A stretch of 63,905 bases of DNA, filler included, from 8 parts of 8 records of this genome joined end to end with filler, not necessarily neighbours in it, one strand, 5' to 3'. Shown: positions 51,452-61,936, numbered from the whole stretch's first letter. Numbers and translations: made by a program. Notes: generated by a model from the sequence alone, not told the origin.

Positions 51452-52429
51452 ATGCATAAAAAAATTCTATTCTCTTTATTGATTTTTCTGACTGTGATTT
51501 TCGATTCTGCATCCCATAATTCTATATCAGAATCCCGCGGTAATACCGCACACGTACGTATCGTGGTTACCGACAGGATTGCTATTGAGGGGATTGAACC
51601 TCTGGGATTAAATCTTACTACCGTGGCTGGCGGGACAAACTTTGCCACCAACAATCTTATAGTTGGTAGTGGAATGGAGCCTGCAGTCGGCCGCTATCTC
51701 GTCAGGGTGGAAGAGGCCGGTGCCGGATGGATGAGCTGGACTGAAAGTCTGGGCGGAGTTCACATGTGGGATATGAATTCTTCCGGGTAGAGCTGGAGAG
51801 TTCTCCGGCCCTCAGGTTCGGTGATTATGCTTTTATCACGGTGGAAAAATCAAGGCTGGATCGTGAAGAGGTGCATCCACGGCTTTGGGAGTGGTTTGAG
51901 AAGGATGTGAATCTCCTTTCCATGATGGGTGAAGGGAGCCAGGAGCTTGTTCCCCATCCCGGCTTTCTGCCCGGTGATTTTGAGAATGCCGGAGAAACCT
52001 GTTTAAAAATTACCTTTGACGAGGAGTGGAGCTGGGCCGGCCAGTGGCTTTTTCATGGTTATGACAAGGGCGAAGGGCTTTATTATGGACAGCTGGTTCC
52101 CGGAGCCGATTACCGTGCCGAGTTATGGCTTCGTCAAGAAGGGATGGAGGATCCGTCTGTTTGGTTCACCGGTGTTCAGGCCTGTTTTGATAGAGCTTCC
52201 GGAACGGGACTATCGATCGATCGCCCTCTATGGTCTGACGGCTCCTGATGGGACCCCGGCGGACCCCCGGGATAATAATCGGGAGGAGGAAAAGGTTGTC
52301 ATAAGCCGACGGGAACTCCCTCTCTCCCTCCTCTCCGGAGAGCCCGGGTTTGAGATCCGCGGAACAACAGGTGCAGGGGCTGCCGGTATGCCGCCCGGGA
52401 CGGTTCTTCTTTACGTTTTGGAGTGGTAA
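51452..52429 (+). pseudogene. Fragmented secreted protein gene (three protein-like segments with two frame changes)
   Basis: Signal peptide segment to ~51787, then VELESSPALRF...SVWFTG, then VFRPVLIELP...LLYVLEW*. Confidence 0.5.
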
Positions 52430-52443
52430 TATTCTGTTGACTT

Positions 52444-53283
52444 CTATTCTCCGCCAACCGATTGGGATGCGCCTTTCTCTGTAAAATTGTATTTGCATAG
52501 GTCAATAACCGCAAATCGGTTATCCACTCCCATCTTCTGATAAATATTGTAAAGGTGCAGTTTGATCGTCGATTCCGCCAGGAACAGTCGTTCGGCGATC
52601 TCTTTGTTGCTGGCCTTGTAGAGTGTCAAAACTTCAATGACCCGGGTTTCAGCAGCACTGATTCCCACGGTCTTCAAGTCATAGGGTTTATGTTCGGTTT
52701 CTATCAGATTAACCTGGGCCGAAATTTTCTTATAATTAATTTGCAGTTCCAGGTTCTCTTTTTCCAAAGCCGCCTGCTGTTTAATCATATCTCTCCATAT
52801 TATCAGCAGCATGGCAACCAGAAACAGTGTGTAGAGGAGGGTGCTCATTCCCGCATAGGCCCCTTCATTATTCAGGATGGCGGCTGTTTGTGATACGCCC
52901 ATGAATGAAATAAAAATCAAAACATTTTTTATTTTCTTATGCCGGTCCAGAAAACCGTATTGACGAAGCAGGAGCCAGGCCACAAGAAACAGGGCGGGGC
53001 CATAAAACTCCTGATAATTGTCCATAATATTCAGCACTCCGGTAATGAAAAAGCCGAAAATCTGGGCTATTTTCAGTGAATTCCCTTCTATAAAAACACT
53101 GATAATGAAGGGCATGGTAATCAGCAGGAGGGCCCAGACTGTAAGGCCACTCAGGGCGTAGAGAATGTCTCCCTGGGCGAGGCGATATGAAAAATTCAGG
53201 ACGACCATCGAAATCCCGATGAAACTGATCAGCAATCCCACCTGCTTTTGCACTGAATTTGAAAACTGTTTTGTTTTTATCAA
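52444..53283 (-). CDS. Multi-TM membrane protein with C-terminal LuxR-type HTH
   Basis: TTG start after GGAGG; about 5-6 hydrophobic helices, coiled coil, SNKEIAERLFLAESTIKLHLYNIYQKMGVDNR. Confidence 0.8.
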   Translation of the reverse strand: MIKTKQFSNSVQKQVGLLISFIGISMVVLNFSYRLAQGDILYALSGLTVWALLLITMPFIISVFIEGNSLKIAQIFGFFITGVLNIMDNYQEFYGPALFLVAWLLLRQYGFLDRHKKIKNVLIFISFMGVSQTAAILNNEGAYAGMSTLLYTLFLVAMLLIIWRDMIKQQAALEKENLELQINYKKISAQVNLIETEHKPYDLKTVGISAAETRVIEVLTLYKASNKEIAERLFLAESTIKLHLYNIYQKMGVDNRFAVIDLCKYNFTEKGASQSVGGE

Positions 53284-53284
53284 C

Positions 53285-53800
53285 CTATTCCCTCCAAAAA
53301 CCCCGGAACGCCTCGTCAAGTGTATAGAAGCCTTCAATTTCAGGAGTTATAGAATTTTTAATACTTTCAATGAGTCTTTCGGATTTTTCCGAGTAATCCC
53401 ATTTCCCTTCATTCAGGGGATTGTATTTCCCCATCGCCAGATCCTTGGCGGCGTCTTTTTTATAGTTTGATAACATCGTTAGGGCGATGAGATCCATACA
53501 GCATTGAATGATCGAATTATCGCCACCCTTGAATCCGCTGATGGGAGACAGGCGGGAGTAGATATCCCCGTCGTCTTCGGGCTTGTGGAAAAATACCTCC
53601 CGTGCCGATTCATCTATAGACAGGATATAGATTGCCAGGTGAGAGAGGGCGGTCTGGATGGTTTTGTCACATTGAGCCAAAAAAGGAACAGCCGCGATAA
53701 AGCGGGCCATGGCGCAATTCTTTAACCACTCTTTTTTCAATACCAAAATTGAATATCACTCCGATCCTGTAGAGAGCATATCCCAGGTTTCTTTTGTCAT
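53285..53800 (-). CDS. Helical hypothetical protein; 5' end interrupted (in-frame TGA at codon 15)
   Basis: AAGGAG RBS and ATG 53800 in frame with ORF 53285-53746; stop lies 1 nt before the LuxR-TM start. Confidence 0.65.
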
Positions 53801-53880
53801 GATAGGTCTCCTTACTTTCTTTTTTAACATATTATACCTGTGAATAGAGAGGATGGAAAGAAAGGGTTTGGGTAAGGGAT

Positions 53881-53917
53881 AAAAAAAGCCACTCGGCACA
53901 GATCCGCCGAATGGCCT
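53881..53917 (-). terminator. Intrinsic terminator
   Basis: Minus strand AGGCCATTCGGC-loop-GCCGAGTGGC-T7. Confidence 0.7.
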
Positions 53918-54301
53918 CCACTTTGTTTTGAATATGCTTTTTAGATTTCAACTTTCATTTATTTCTTTTTTCAACTGCCCCAATTTTACCCCATTGAGCC
54001 CAAAAAACAATATAACTTAAGTATTAATCGGTCTTTCAGAGCCCGATTTGTCTCTTTGGATCAGTGTTTTCCGGAACTAATGAATAATTCTGAACGATGT
54101 AAACCCGGGATGGCTCTGATTCATATATTTATATTCCCCTGAACGGGGACGGGCTGAATAACGGTTGCAGTGGCGGATTATACTCATTGGGCTTTATTGA
54201 GTTGGGCGTTGGTGCGATTTACGCCGGCTGGTATCTTGCTTCCGGTAGTTCGGGAATCGGGAACAGCGGTAGATATCGGGGCTTTCGAAATGGCGCCTTA
54301 G

Positions 54302-55384
54302 TTACGGCCCCGCAGTTCCGGTTCCTCTCAGCATACTCTTCAGAAAGGCCGCCTCCTCCTGACTGAATGCCGACCCATCGGATCTGAGGATGTCATGGAA
54401 CCAGACTTCCGGTTCCGATACACCGGGTTTCCCTGGTTTAGACCAGGGGAAAATCGTTTGGGTTTTTCCGCTGACCAATCCCCAATTGAAACAGTCGATC
54501 TCTTCTTCTTTGAAAATCGGCAGAAACGAACCAAAGGTGCTGCCGGTCAAGCGGTTCAGATACTCGGTGCAGAGAAGTGGCCGACCGTGTTCCCGGAGTC
54601 GTTTGATTTGTTTTTTAAGAGCTCCAGGATTAGTGTAGTCATGAAAGGAGATCAGGTCGGAGGCTTCGATTAAGGCTCTGTTCAGCTTCCTGTGATTGAT
54701 GTAGATCCCCGCGGTCAGAGGCTGGAGCGGTCCGCATTGCCGAATCCATCTAACCGTTTCCCGAAAGAGGGGAAGAGTGGGGATGGGCAGGAGGTGGAAC
54801 CGGAGGAAGAGAAAGAAAAGCCTCGGTGCCTTGATATACCGGGGTTTCGCCAGGGTGGGGAGAAAGATATTGCCTAATTCGTTGTACACATCCCAAAGAA
54901 GGATACGATCGTCCTGGCCAAACGAGGTGACCACATCTTGAACATAGGCTTTGAGCCGGGGCCATTGATTCCTGTCTCTGGCTGCGGCGGGACCGGGTGA
55001 GTTGAGCCATCGAGAGTTATGGACCCCGGGGAAGGGCTCCGGTTGGGGACCTTTCCGGGGATTCGGATGCCAGCAGTCGTCAAAGAAGACGAAGATGACG
55101 GCGATGGCACGGGCGGCAGCCAGCCGAAGAACGGTATCTATCCTGTTTTTAAAACCTTCCGGATCCGCCTGCCAGGCCAGATCGTGGAGGTAGATACGTA
55201 CCGCATTCATGCCCAGCTCTGCTGCCATCGTCAGTTCTTTCCCGATAGTGTGCGGATCGAAGGTTTCGGACTGCCACATCTCCAGCTGATTGACCGCCGT
55301 GCTGGGGATAAAGTTGCATCCGACTCGCCAGGGCTGACCTGCGTGCCAGGTCTGGGCTTTTTCTACATTCCATTTTCCTGTCAT
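54302..55384 (-). CDS. Clan GH-A glycoside hydrolase (GH5/GH2-like)
   Basis: GCNFIPSTAVNQLEMWQ, WDVYNE acid/base, LCTEY nucleophile, NWGLVSGKTQT. Confidence 0.85.
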   Translation of the reverse strand: MTGKWNVEKAQTWHAGQPWRVGCNFIPSTAVNQLEMWQSETFDPHTIGKELTMAAELGMNAVRIYLHDLAWQADPEGFKNRIDTVLRLAAARAIAVIFVFFDDCWHPNPRKGPQPEPFPGVHNSRWLNSPGPAAARDRNQWPRLKAYVQDVVTSFGQDDRILLWDVYNELGNIFLPTLAKPRYIKAPRLFFLFLRFHLLPIPTLPLFRETVRWIRQCGPLQPLTAGIYINHRKLNRALIEASDLISFHDYTNPGALKKQIKRLREHGRPLLCTEYLNRLTGSTFGSFLPIFKEEEIDCFNWGLVSGKTQTIFPWSKPGKPGVSEPEVWFHDILRSDGSAFSQEEAAFLKSMLRGTGTAGP

Positions 55385-55418
55385 CTTGTCATCCTTCCAC
55401 AGGGCCCCAAGTCAGTGT

Positions 55419-55658
55419 TCATTGATAATTAACCCGTCCCGACCGAAGCAGATTTTTCCCAAGATTGATCCCTTCCTTATCTGCTTCGACCTCGAGGATG
55501 TACTCAATCCCGTCGTCGGCGAAGAAACTGCGGCTATCGGCCTCACTCCCGGGGTCTTTCTCCAATCGGATTATCCTGACCGTCGGCACCCACCGGCCCC
55601 GGGCGGTTTTCACCGCCGCCGCTTCGAGGCGATATCCTTTATACTCTTCGATCAGCAT
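55419..55658 (-). CDS. Small hypothetical protein
   Basis: 79 aa protein-like sequence; AAGGA RBS upstream. Confidence 0.55.
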   Translation of the reverse strand: MLIEEYKGYRLEAAAVKTARGRWVPTVRIIRLEKDPGSEADSRSFFADDGIEYILEVEADKEGINLGKNLLRSGRVNYQ

Positions 55659-55738
55659 CTTTTATCCTTTTTCAACATTTTGGTCATTTTTATTTATTAT
55701 AACAGAGGATGGACGAATTGTAGTACTGTCAATGTATA

Positions 55739-56941
55739 ATGAATCCTCACAATAAAGAATCAGGCACCATGGATGCAGTGGAAATCGTCAGTGTTTTTCA
55801 GCCGCTGTACTCGGTTCATGAAAAAAAATATATAGGTGTTGAAGCCCTGTCCCGCGGTCTGATCCGGGGAGAACACCTCAATGCTGCCGAGTTGTTCAGT
55901 CTGCCTGAAAATGGGCGGGAAACCCTTGAATTGAACCGGAAATGCATCAGCAGTTCCCTTCATAATCTGAAAAGGCAGCCTGATTCCGGACAGTATTCCA
56001 TCTTTCTGAATATAGATTCGGGGCTGATGGATACCGGCTTTTTTGATACCCGGGATTTCTGTTCTTCAATTGTTGCTTCCGGAATACAGCCTCAGCGCAT
56101 TGTTGTGGAACTTATTGAAAGCCGGGTGAAGGACTTTGACAGGCTCCTTGGTTTTGTCAAACACTGCAGAGAGTGTGGATTCCTCATTGCTCTCGACGAT
56201 GTGGGAGCCGGTTACTCCAACTTCGAGAGGATCGTAAAGATTAAACCCGATATCATAAAGATCGATCGGGGGCTCGTTGATGGTGTCTCCGAGGAATTTC
56301 ACAAGAGGGAGGTTTGCCGATCACTGATCGAGCTTGCCCATAATATCGGGGCCCTCTCTCTTGCCGAGGGTGTCGAATCTATAAACGACGCCCTCGAGTG
56401 CCAGGACCTCGGTGCGGATATCATGCAGGGATTCTATTTTTCCAGGCCGAAATCGGATGTTCTTCCTGTCGACATCACCTCGGGTAAAATCGCACGTCTT
56501 GTCGAGACCTGGAACTTTTCCTCGAAGGAAAGGAGCAAGAAACTGCAGCTGAGTCTGGACCGGGTCAAGAGATATTCGGATACTATCCATAAGGCCCTTT
56601 CTTCCGAAGATGATGCAGATCGGGATAGAATTCTGGCAACCTGTGTGGAGGAGATGCCGGATATTGAGTGTGCCTATATCCTGAACCGCGATGGAATCCA
56701 GATTTCGATCTCTGCCGTCAGAAACAACCTTGTATATAAGAAACATCTCCTTTTTACCCCGGCCCGTCCCGGTGCGGATCATTCACAGAAATACTATTTC
56801 AGCCGTAGGGCCGGAGGCTTGAAATGGTATATCTCCGATCCCTATATCTCCCATGCTACCGGAAATATCTGTAGAACCGTAAGCATGCAATTCGCAGACG
56901 AAGAGGAGCGGACCTGCTATCTCTGCCTTGATATAAGATAA
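55739..56941 (+). CDS. EAL c-di-GMP phosphodiesterase with YkuI-like C-terminal sensor domain
   Basis: GVEALSRG, ALDDVGAGYS, IKID, AEGVE, QGFYFSRP; C-terminal ISDPYIS. Confidence 0.88.
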   Translation: MNPHNKESGTMDAVEIVSVFQPLYSVHEKKYIGVEALSRGLIRGEHLNAAELFSLPENGRETLELNRKCISSSLHNLKRQPDSGQYSIFLNIDSGLMDTGFFDTRDFCSSIVASGIQPQRIVVELIESRVKDFDRLLGFVKHCRECGFLIALDDVGAGYSNFERIVKIKPDIIKIDRGLVDGVSEEFHKREVCRSLIELAHNIGALSLAEGVESINDALECQDLGADIMQGFYFSRPKSDVLPVDITSGKIARLVETWNFSSKERSKKLQLSLDRVKRYSDTIHKALSSEDDADRDRILATCVEEMPDIECAYILNRDGIQISISAVRNNLVYKKHLLFTPARPGADHSQKYYFSRRAGGLKWYISDPYISHATGNICRTVSMQFADEEERTCYLCLDIR

Positions 56942-57034
56942 TCCCCTTTAAAAGGCTGTTTAAAATTTTTCTTTTTCCTTAACTTATTGACCCGTCTTTT
57001 CATTTCCTGTAATGTTTCTTTGAAGAGAAACGCT

Positions 57035-57959
57035 ATGGAGAATACAACAGCATTAGCCATTACCGGCCTGGAAAAAAGTTACCCCGGGGTGAAGGCCCTG
57101 GACGGGGTATCCATTGCTTTCCGACGAGGAGAGGTTCACGGCCTGGTTGGAGAGAACGGGGCCGGAAAATCGACATTGATCAAGATCCTCGCAGGGGCGG
57201 TAAAGGCTGATCGGGGAACCTTTCGGGTCGTAGAGGAAGAGTCCCGTGAGCGTTCGGTTCACGATGGTTGTGCTGCCGGTCTCTGCTTTATCCATCAGGA
57301 ACTCAATCTCGTTACCTACTTCAATGCCATGGAGAATATCTTTCTGGGTCATAGTTACCCCCGGAAGTTCGGTCCTCTTATCGACTGGAAGGCTCTGCGT
57401 CGCAGGACTCTTGAGATTCTGGAACAGCTTCAGATGGATATTCCTCTGGACCGGCCGGTGATGTACCTGTCGGCTGTGGAGAGGGCAATGGTTGCCATTG
57501 CCCGGGCCTTTGCGGAATCGGGAGAGGTATACTTCATGGATGAACCTTCCACAGCCCTGACCGATGTGGAGAAGGAAAAGCTGTTCTCCGTTATCAGGGC
57601 TCTGAAGGATCAGGGGAAAACAGTAGTCTATGTTTCCCACAATCTGGACGATGTTCTGCGGATCGCCGACCGGATAACGGTTATGCGTGACGGCCGGGTT
57701 ATTGGAACCGAAGAGGCCTCAGGACTGTCCCGTGATTCTCTGATTGCCTCGATGATAGGCCGGAACCTGGATACGGCTTTTCCCGGGAAAAACGGATCCC
57801 CCGGAGAAATCGTTTTGCGGGTACAGAATCTGACCGGTGGAATGATCCGGGGAGTCGGCTTTGAGGTTCGGCGCGGAGAGATTCTGGGACTGGGAGGACT
57901 GGTCGGCTCCGGAAGGACTGAATTGCTGGAGCTCCTTTTCGGTATGGAAAAGCTGGCGG
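57035..57959 (+). CDS. Sugar ABC transporter ATPase (RbsA/MglA-like), 3' truncated
   Basis: GENGAGKST, HQELNL, MDEPSTAL, GLVGSGRTEL. Confidence 0.9.
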
Positions 57960-58059
57960 NNNNNNNNNNNNNNNNNNNNNNNNNNNNNNNNNNNNNNNNN
58001 NNNTTAATTAATTAANNNNNNNNNNNNNNNNNNNNNNNNNNNNNNNNNNNNNNNNNNNN
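57960..58059. other. Artificial contig linker
   Basis: N-run, TTAATTAATTAA, N-run. Confidence 0.99.
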
Positions 58060-58077
58060 GGGGAGCTTCGCACCATA

Positions 58078-58641
58078 TTACTCCATGGGCCCGTTTCCAG
58101 CAGGCTCAAGTTCTCTGAGACTCAGAATGATACCATCAAAAAGCTTTGTCATTGAGTCGGTTGCTCTTTCTTGCGGATAGGAAAATGTCATCGTCAGATC
58201 ATTCCATTTGCCTGCAATAAGTATAACCCAGAAGATTTCCCCCGAGCCTTCCCCGATATATTTGATGGCCTGTCCCGCCGGATGTTGAAGAGGGACAGTC
58301 TGACTCATTTCTATCTCTGGATGGGTTTGCAGAAAGTCAGGACCATTAGAGAGAAACCCTGCTTGCTTAGGAGCACTCCGGACAGACAATGTGCCCGTAT
58401 TTTCAATATCAGCGATATTCCAGTAAACGGTTCCATCCTGATGGGCGGGAGACAGACTATCGAAGGTTTTGCGATGCCAGTCGAGGGGGTGCTTAATACT
58501 AAAGCCGAGCTCGGCATTGACATAGAGCTGTTCGTTAAACTCGTTTTCGGGGAACTGTTTCATGATAGCTGCTGTGCAGCCTGCCAAAAGGAAAATCAGC
58601 AGGATGCACAGCAATGACGATAAAACTCGCAGTTCCCGCAC
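58078..58641 (-). CDS. Hypothetical lipoprotein
   Basis: Lipobox LAGC; YVNAELGFSIKHPLDW. Confidence 0.7.
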   Translation of the reverse strand: MRELRVLSSLLCILLIFLLAGCTAAIMKQFPENEFNEQLYVNAELGFSIKHPLDWHRKTFDSLSPAHQDGTVYWNIADIENTGTLSVRSAPKQAGFLSNGPDFLQTHPEIEMSQTVPLQHPAGQAIKYIGEGSGEIFWVILIAGKWNDLTMTFSYPQERATDSMTKLFDGIILSLRELEPAGNGPME

Positions 58642-58644
58642 GAA

Positions 58645-58836
58645 TTAATCTTCCCAGTTGATGCAGGCGACCGGGCAGTTATCCATGGCCTCTTCGATCT
58701 TTTCTTCGGTGTCTCCTGCCGGGTTGAGAATGCCAGCTTTGTGTTCTGATACCATGTGGAACACGTTGGGGCAGATGCGGGTACAGGTTTCGCAGCCGAT
58801 GCAGGCATCACTATCTAAAACTGGAACTTTACTCAT
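58645..58836 (-). CDS. Single-cluster 4Fe-4S ferredoxin
   Basis: CIGCETCTRICP...DNCPVACI. Confidence 0.92.
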   Translation of the reverse strand: MSKVPVLDSDACIGCETCTRICPNVFHMVSEHKAGILNPAGDTEEKIEEAMDNCPVACINWED

Positions 58837-58985
58837 GTTCTAATCCTTTCAGATTTTGTTAAGAGGTTGTGAAAGTAAGATTATCCTATATTTAAATGAT
58901 GAAAACAAACCTCTGGTTCTTTTTTTTGATAAAGTATGGTAATGAAGAAAAATCAATGAATGGTTTTGGCATTTAAGGAATTCTT

Positions 58986-60484
58986 TTGGCAAAAACTGTT
59001 GGTTTAAGAGCGGAAGTTTTAATTACGTTGTCCCTGTTGCTTGGTGCGGCCCTGTTGTTTGGTGGCCTCGTCATGCTGCGTTTTACCGAGGCGAGCCTTC
59101 TCGAGGAGCGCGTTGGGCAGCTTGATGCCTACGTTCATCTTGTGGAACGGTTGTCCGCGGACAGCAGTTTAGACGCAACGTTTGCAAGTGAAAAAATAAT
59201 TGGTCTAATCTTCAGCGGGGCTGTCCAGTGTAGAACCTGGCGGTTGTATGATCGCGACCTGAACATGACAGGACAATGGCAGTCTGATGAAGGAAAGCAA
59301 CATGATACCCCCCATCTCTTCTGGAATTAAATCAGGTCAACAGAAGTCGCTCGCTCCAAAAACGGGTTGTTATTCCTTCGTTGCTGCATATTTTCACAGG
59401 GCAAGATTCCTACGCGCGATACTTGGTTCCGCTGAATCAAAATAATCGCTTTTCTGGTTTGCTTGATCTCAGGTTTTCTCTCAACGATATTACTCAAAAA
59501 CTATTTCAATCACAGGTGCTGATTGTCGTTTATATTTTGCTGTACGGGGCGGTTTTAATCGCAGCAGGGTATTATCTTCTTTTGCGTAATATCATCAAGC
59601 CCGCTCGCGCCTTATTGACGGCTACAGATGCGGTCGGCAAAGGAACCTTCGACCAACGGTTGCCGGTCGCAGGGCCGACCGAGATAAGACAGTTGGCAGA
59701 GGCGTATAATGGGATGGTAGTGGCGCTGCAGCACAGCCGCTCTGAGACAGAAGACCATATCAGAAACCTTGAGGGTGCGAATCAAAAACTCGCAGAGACA
59801 AGAAATGAGCTGGTGCAAAGAGAAAAACTGGCATCTGTCGGGCAACTGGCTGCTGGACTGGCCCATGAGCTCGGTAATCCATTAGCGGCTCTGATCGGAT
59901 ATCTGGAACTTCTGAAATCACAGATTCAAAACGCAGGCCAGAGCGACTTGATTGAGAGGTCACTGACGGAAACAGGGCGGATCGATTTCCTGGTCAGAGA
60001 ATTGTTGGACTTCTCCAGGCCGGATAAGAACAATGAGGAAGAAGATGTCGACCTTGTCGCCACCCTCATGTTTTCCGTTAAGCTCCTTGAAAATCAGGGT
60101 GCTTTTCAAGATGTATCAGTTGCAACCTCTTTCCCTGAAGAGCCTATAGCCTCTGTGAGGATGAATAAAAACAAGCTGCAGCAGGTGTTTATCAATATTC
60201 TGCTCAATGCGGTGCAGGCGTGCGCTAAGGAAGGCCGAATACAGTTGGCAGCAGGACAGGGAGCAGAGGGCGTTTGGATCAGTATTAAAGATAATGGACA
60301 CGGAATCCCCACCTCCGAAATAGATCGAATCTTTGATCCGTTCTATACGACGAAAGAGCCAGGCCAGGGAACCGGCCTTGGCTTGGCAATCTGTCAGAGG
60401 ATTGTGGAGGAGTCGGGGGGCAAGATTCTTGCGATGTCTGAGTTTGCATCGTGGAGTTGCTTTAAGCTTGTGTGGATCTTGTAG
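58986..60484 (+). CDS. HAMP sensor histidine kinase, frameshifted at C6 59308-59313
   Basis: One extra C gives DTPPSLLELNQVNRSRSLQKRVVIPSLLHIF; HAMP, AHELGNPL, HATPase. Confidence 0.82.
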
Positions 60485-60582
60485 GTCTGTATGAGTGCAG
60501 TTTTTGCACTTTTTCTTTGTGCAGTGGTTGCGTAGTTCAGATGAAAGCTTTCAGGGCAGCCTATATAGACGCCTTTCGGGGA

Positions 60583-60598
60583 TGGCAGGGTTTATGCT
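60583..60598 (+). promoter_or_regulatory. sigma54 promoter of minor-pilin operon
   Basis: TGGCAGGGTTTATGCT = GG-N10-GC, 40 nt before the ATG. Confidence 0.6.
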
Positions 60599-60637
60599 GG
60601 TTAGTCTGGCGTTGTGTGTTTTTTGAGGAGTTAGTCG

Positions 60638-61168
60638 ATGAGAAATAATGACGGGTTTACATTACTAGAGGTTATCGTTGTTGTGGCAATCATTGGTATT
60701 ATGTCTGCAATCGCGATTCCTTCGATTATCAGCCGGGCGCCGGATACAAAGCTCAAGGGTGCGGCACGCGATATTTATTCCTCTTTGCAGAAAGCCAGAT
60801 CGGTAGCTGTAAAAATCAACGGAGAGGCGCGTGTGTTTTTTGATGTGGCGAATAATGAATATGATTTCTGTGATGACTGGAACACTGCGACGACAACTTG
60901 CGATGGAAATTTACAAACATCAAGTTTGACTTCTCTGGGTTACGGTATTGGTTATGGACACGGGAATGCGACAAGTGCGGTCGGAGGTGGTTTTGACAAT
61001 GAAGTCACGTATGCAGGAGATGATGTTGTGTTTGGCTCTCGAGGCTTAGGTAACGCTTCAGGGTATGTTTATATTGACCATCAGAAGAGCACAACAACTT
61101 ATGCAATCGGCAGTTTAACCAGTGGATCGATACGGATATTGAAATGGAACGGGAGTGCTTGGGAATGA
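60638..61168 (+). CDS. FimT/FimU (GspH-like) minor pilin
   Basis: GFTLLEVIVVVAIIGIMSAIAIP prepilin motif. Confidence 0.85.
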   Translation: MRNNDGFTLLEVIVVVAIIGIMSAIAIPSIISRAPDTKLKGAARDIYSSLQKARSVAVKINGEARVFFDVANNEYDFCDDWNTATTTCDGNLQTSSLTSLGYGIGYGHGNATSAVGGGFDNEVTYAGDDVVFGSRGLGNASGYVYIDHQKSTTTYAIGSLTSGSIRILKWNGSAWE

Positions 61169-61932
61169 GAGTTAACCATGGATTAGGACGAGGCGGATTC
61201 ACGCTGGTCGAGGTTCTGATTGCTCTTGTTATGTCGAGTATTATCATGACAGGTGTTTTTACGGCTTTTTTAACCCAGCAGGATAGCTACACTGAGCAAG
61301 ATCAGGTTGCGGAAATGCAACAGAATATCAGGGCGGGACTGGACTTTATGGTGCATGAGATACGGATGGCTGGGTTTGACCCTACAAGAGACGCTGATGC
61401 AAGTATCACAACAGCCACCGCTGGTCGTTTAGGATTTACTCTAGACATAGCAGGTGCTGAGCCTGATGGCATTGATAACGATAGTGATGGGACGATTGAT
61501 GAGACTGATGGAACGGAACCTGACTATTCGGACGGAGATACCGGAGATGCTAATGAAACCGTGGCCTATGGTTTCTCGGTGGCCAATGATGCTACCTCAG
61601 ATGGTGTTGTCGACGATCTTGATGGTAATGGTGTTTTGAGTGATGTTGCGTCGTTGGGACGAGATACCGGTGGCGGTTTTCAGCCTGTCGCAGAAAATAT
61701 TCAGGCGATTGAGTTCAATTACTTGGATGAAGATGGGAATATCACAACAACCCTGGAAAACATTCGCTCTGTCGAAATATCTATTTTAGCGAGAGCCCGG
61801 CGGCCGGATTCCGACTATACCAATTCCAATACCTATACAACAGCTGCAGGAATGATTTGGGGTCCTTATAATGATCACTTTCGCCGCCGTTTTCAAACCA
61901 TGATGGTGCAATGCCGAAATATGGGGTTGTAG
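61165..61932 (+). CDS. pilW: PilW-family minor pilin
   Basis: GFTLVEVLIAL; QQNIRAGLDFMVHEIRMAGFDP; VAENIQAIEFNY. Confidence 0.8.
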   Translation: MRVNHGLGRGGFTLVEVLIALVMSSIIMTGVFTAFLTQQDSYTEQDQVAEMQQNIRAGLDFMVHEIRMAGFDPTRDADASITTATAGRLGFTLDIAGAEPDGIDNDSDGTIDETDGTEPDYSDGDTGDANETVAYGFSVANDATSDGVVDDLDGNGVLSDVASLGRDTGGGFQPVAENIQAIEFNYLDEDGNITTTLENIRSVEISILARARRPDSDYTNSNTYTTAAGMIWGPYNDHFRRRFQTMMVQCRNMGL

Positions 61933-61936
61933 TGCT

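Noticed and set aside
8310-58059. Seven identical N-TTAATTAATTAA-N blocks
   Set aside because: Artificial concatenation linkers; cross-linker gene neighbourhoods and the X-containing ORFs are not biological.
2591-59313. Split genes (2591-2597, glrK 6181-6187, BY-kinase 36068-36074, hypA 44633-44638, REC-HK 45902-45905, HK 59308-59313, probably hypF 42836-42839) as pseudogenes or programmed frameshifts
   Set aside because: Each is repaired by adding one base to a homopolymer, and they occur across unrelated contigs. This is the signature of homopolymer under-calling.
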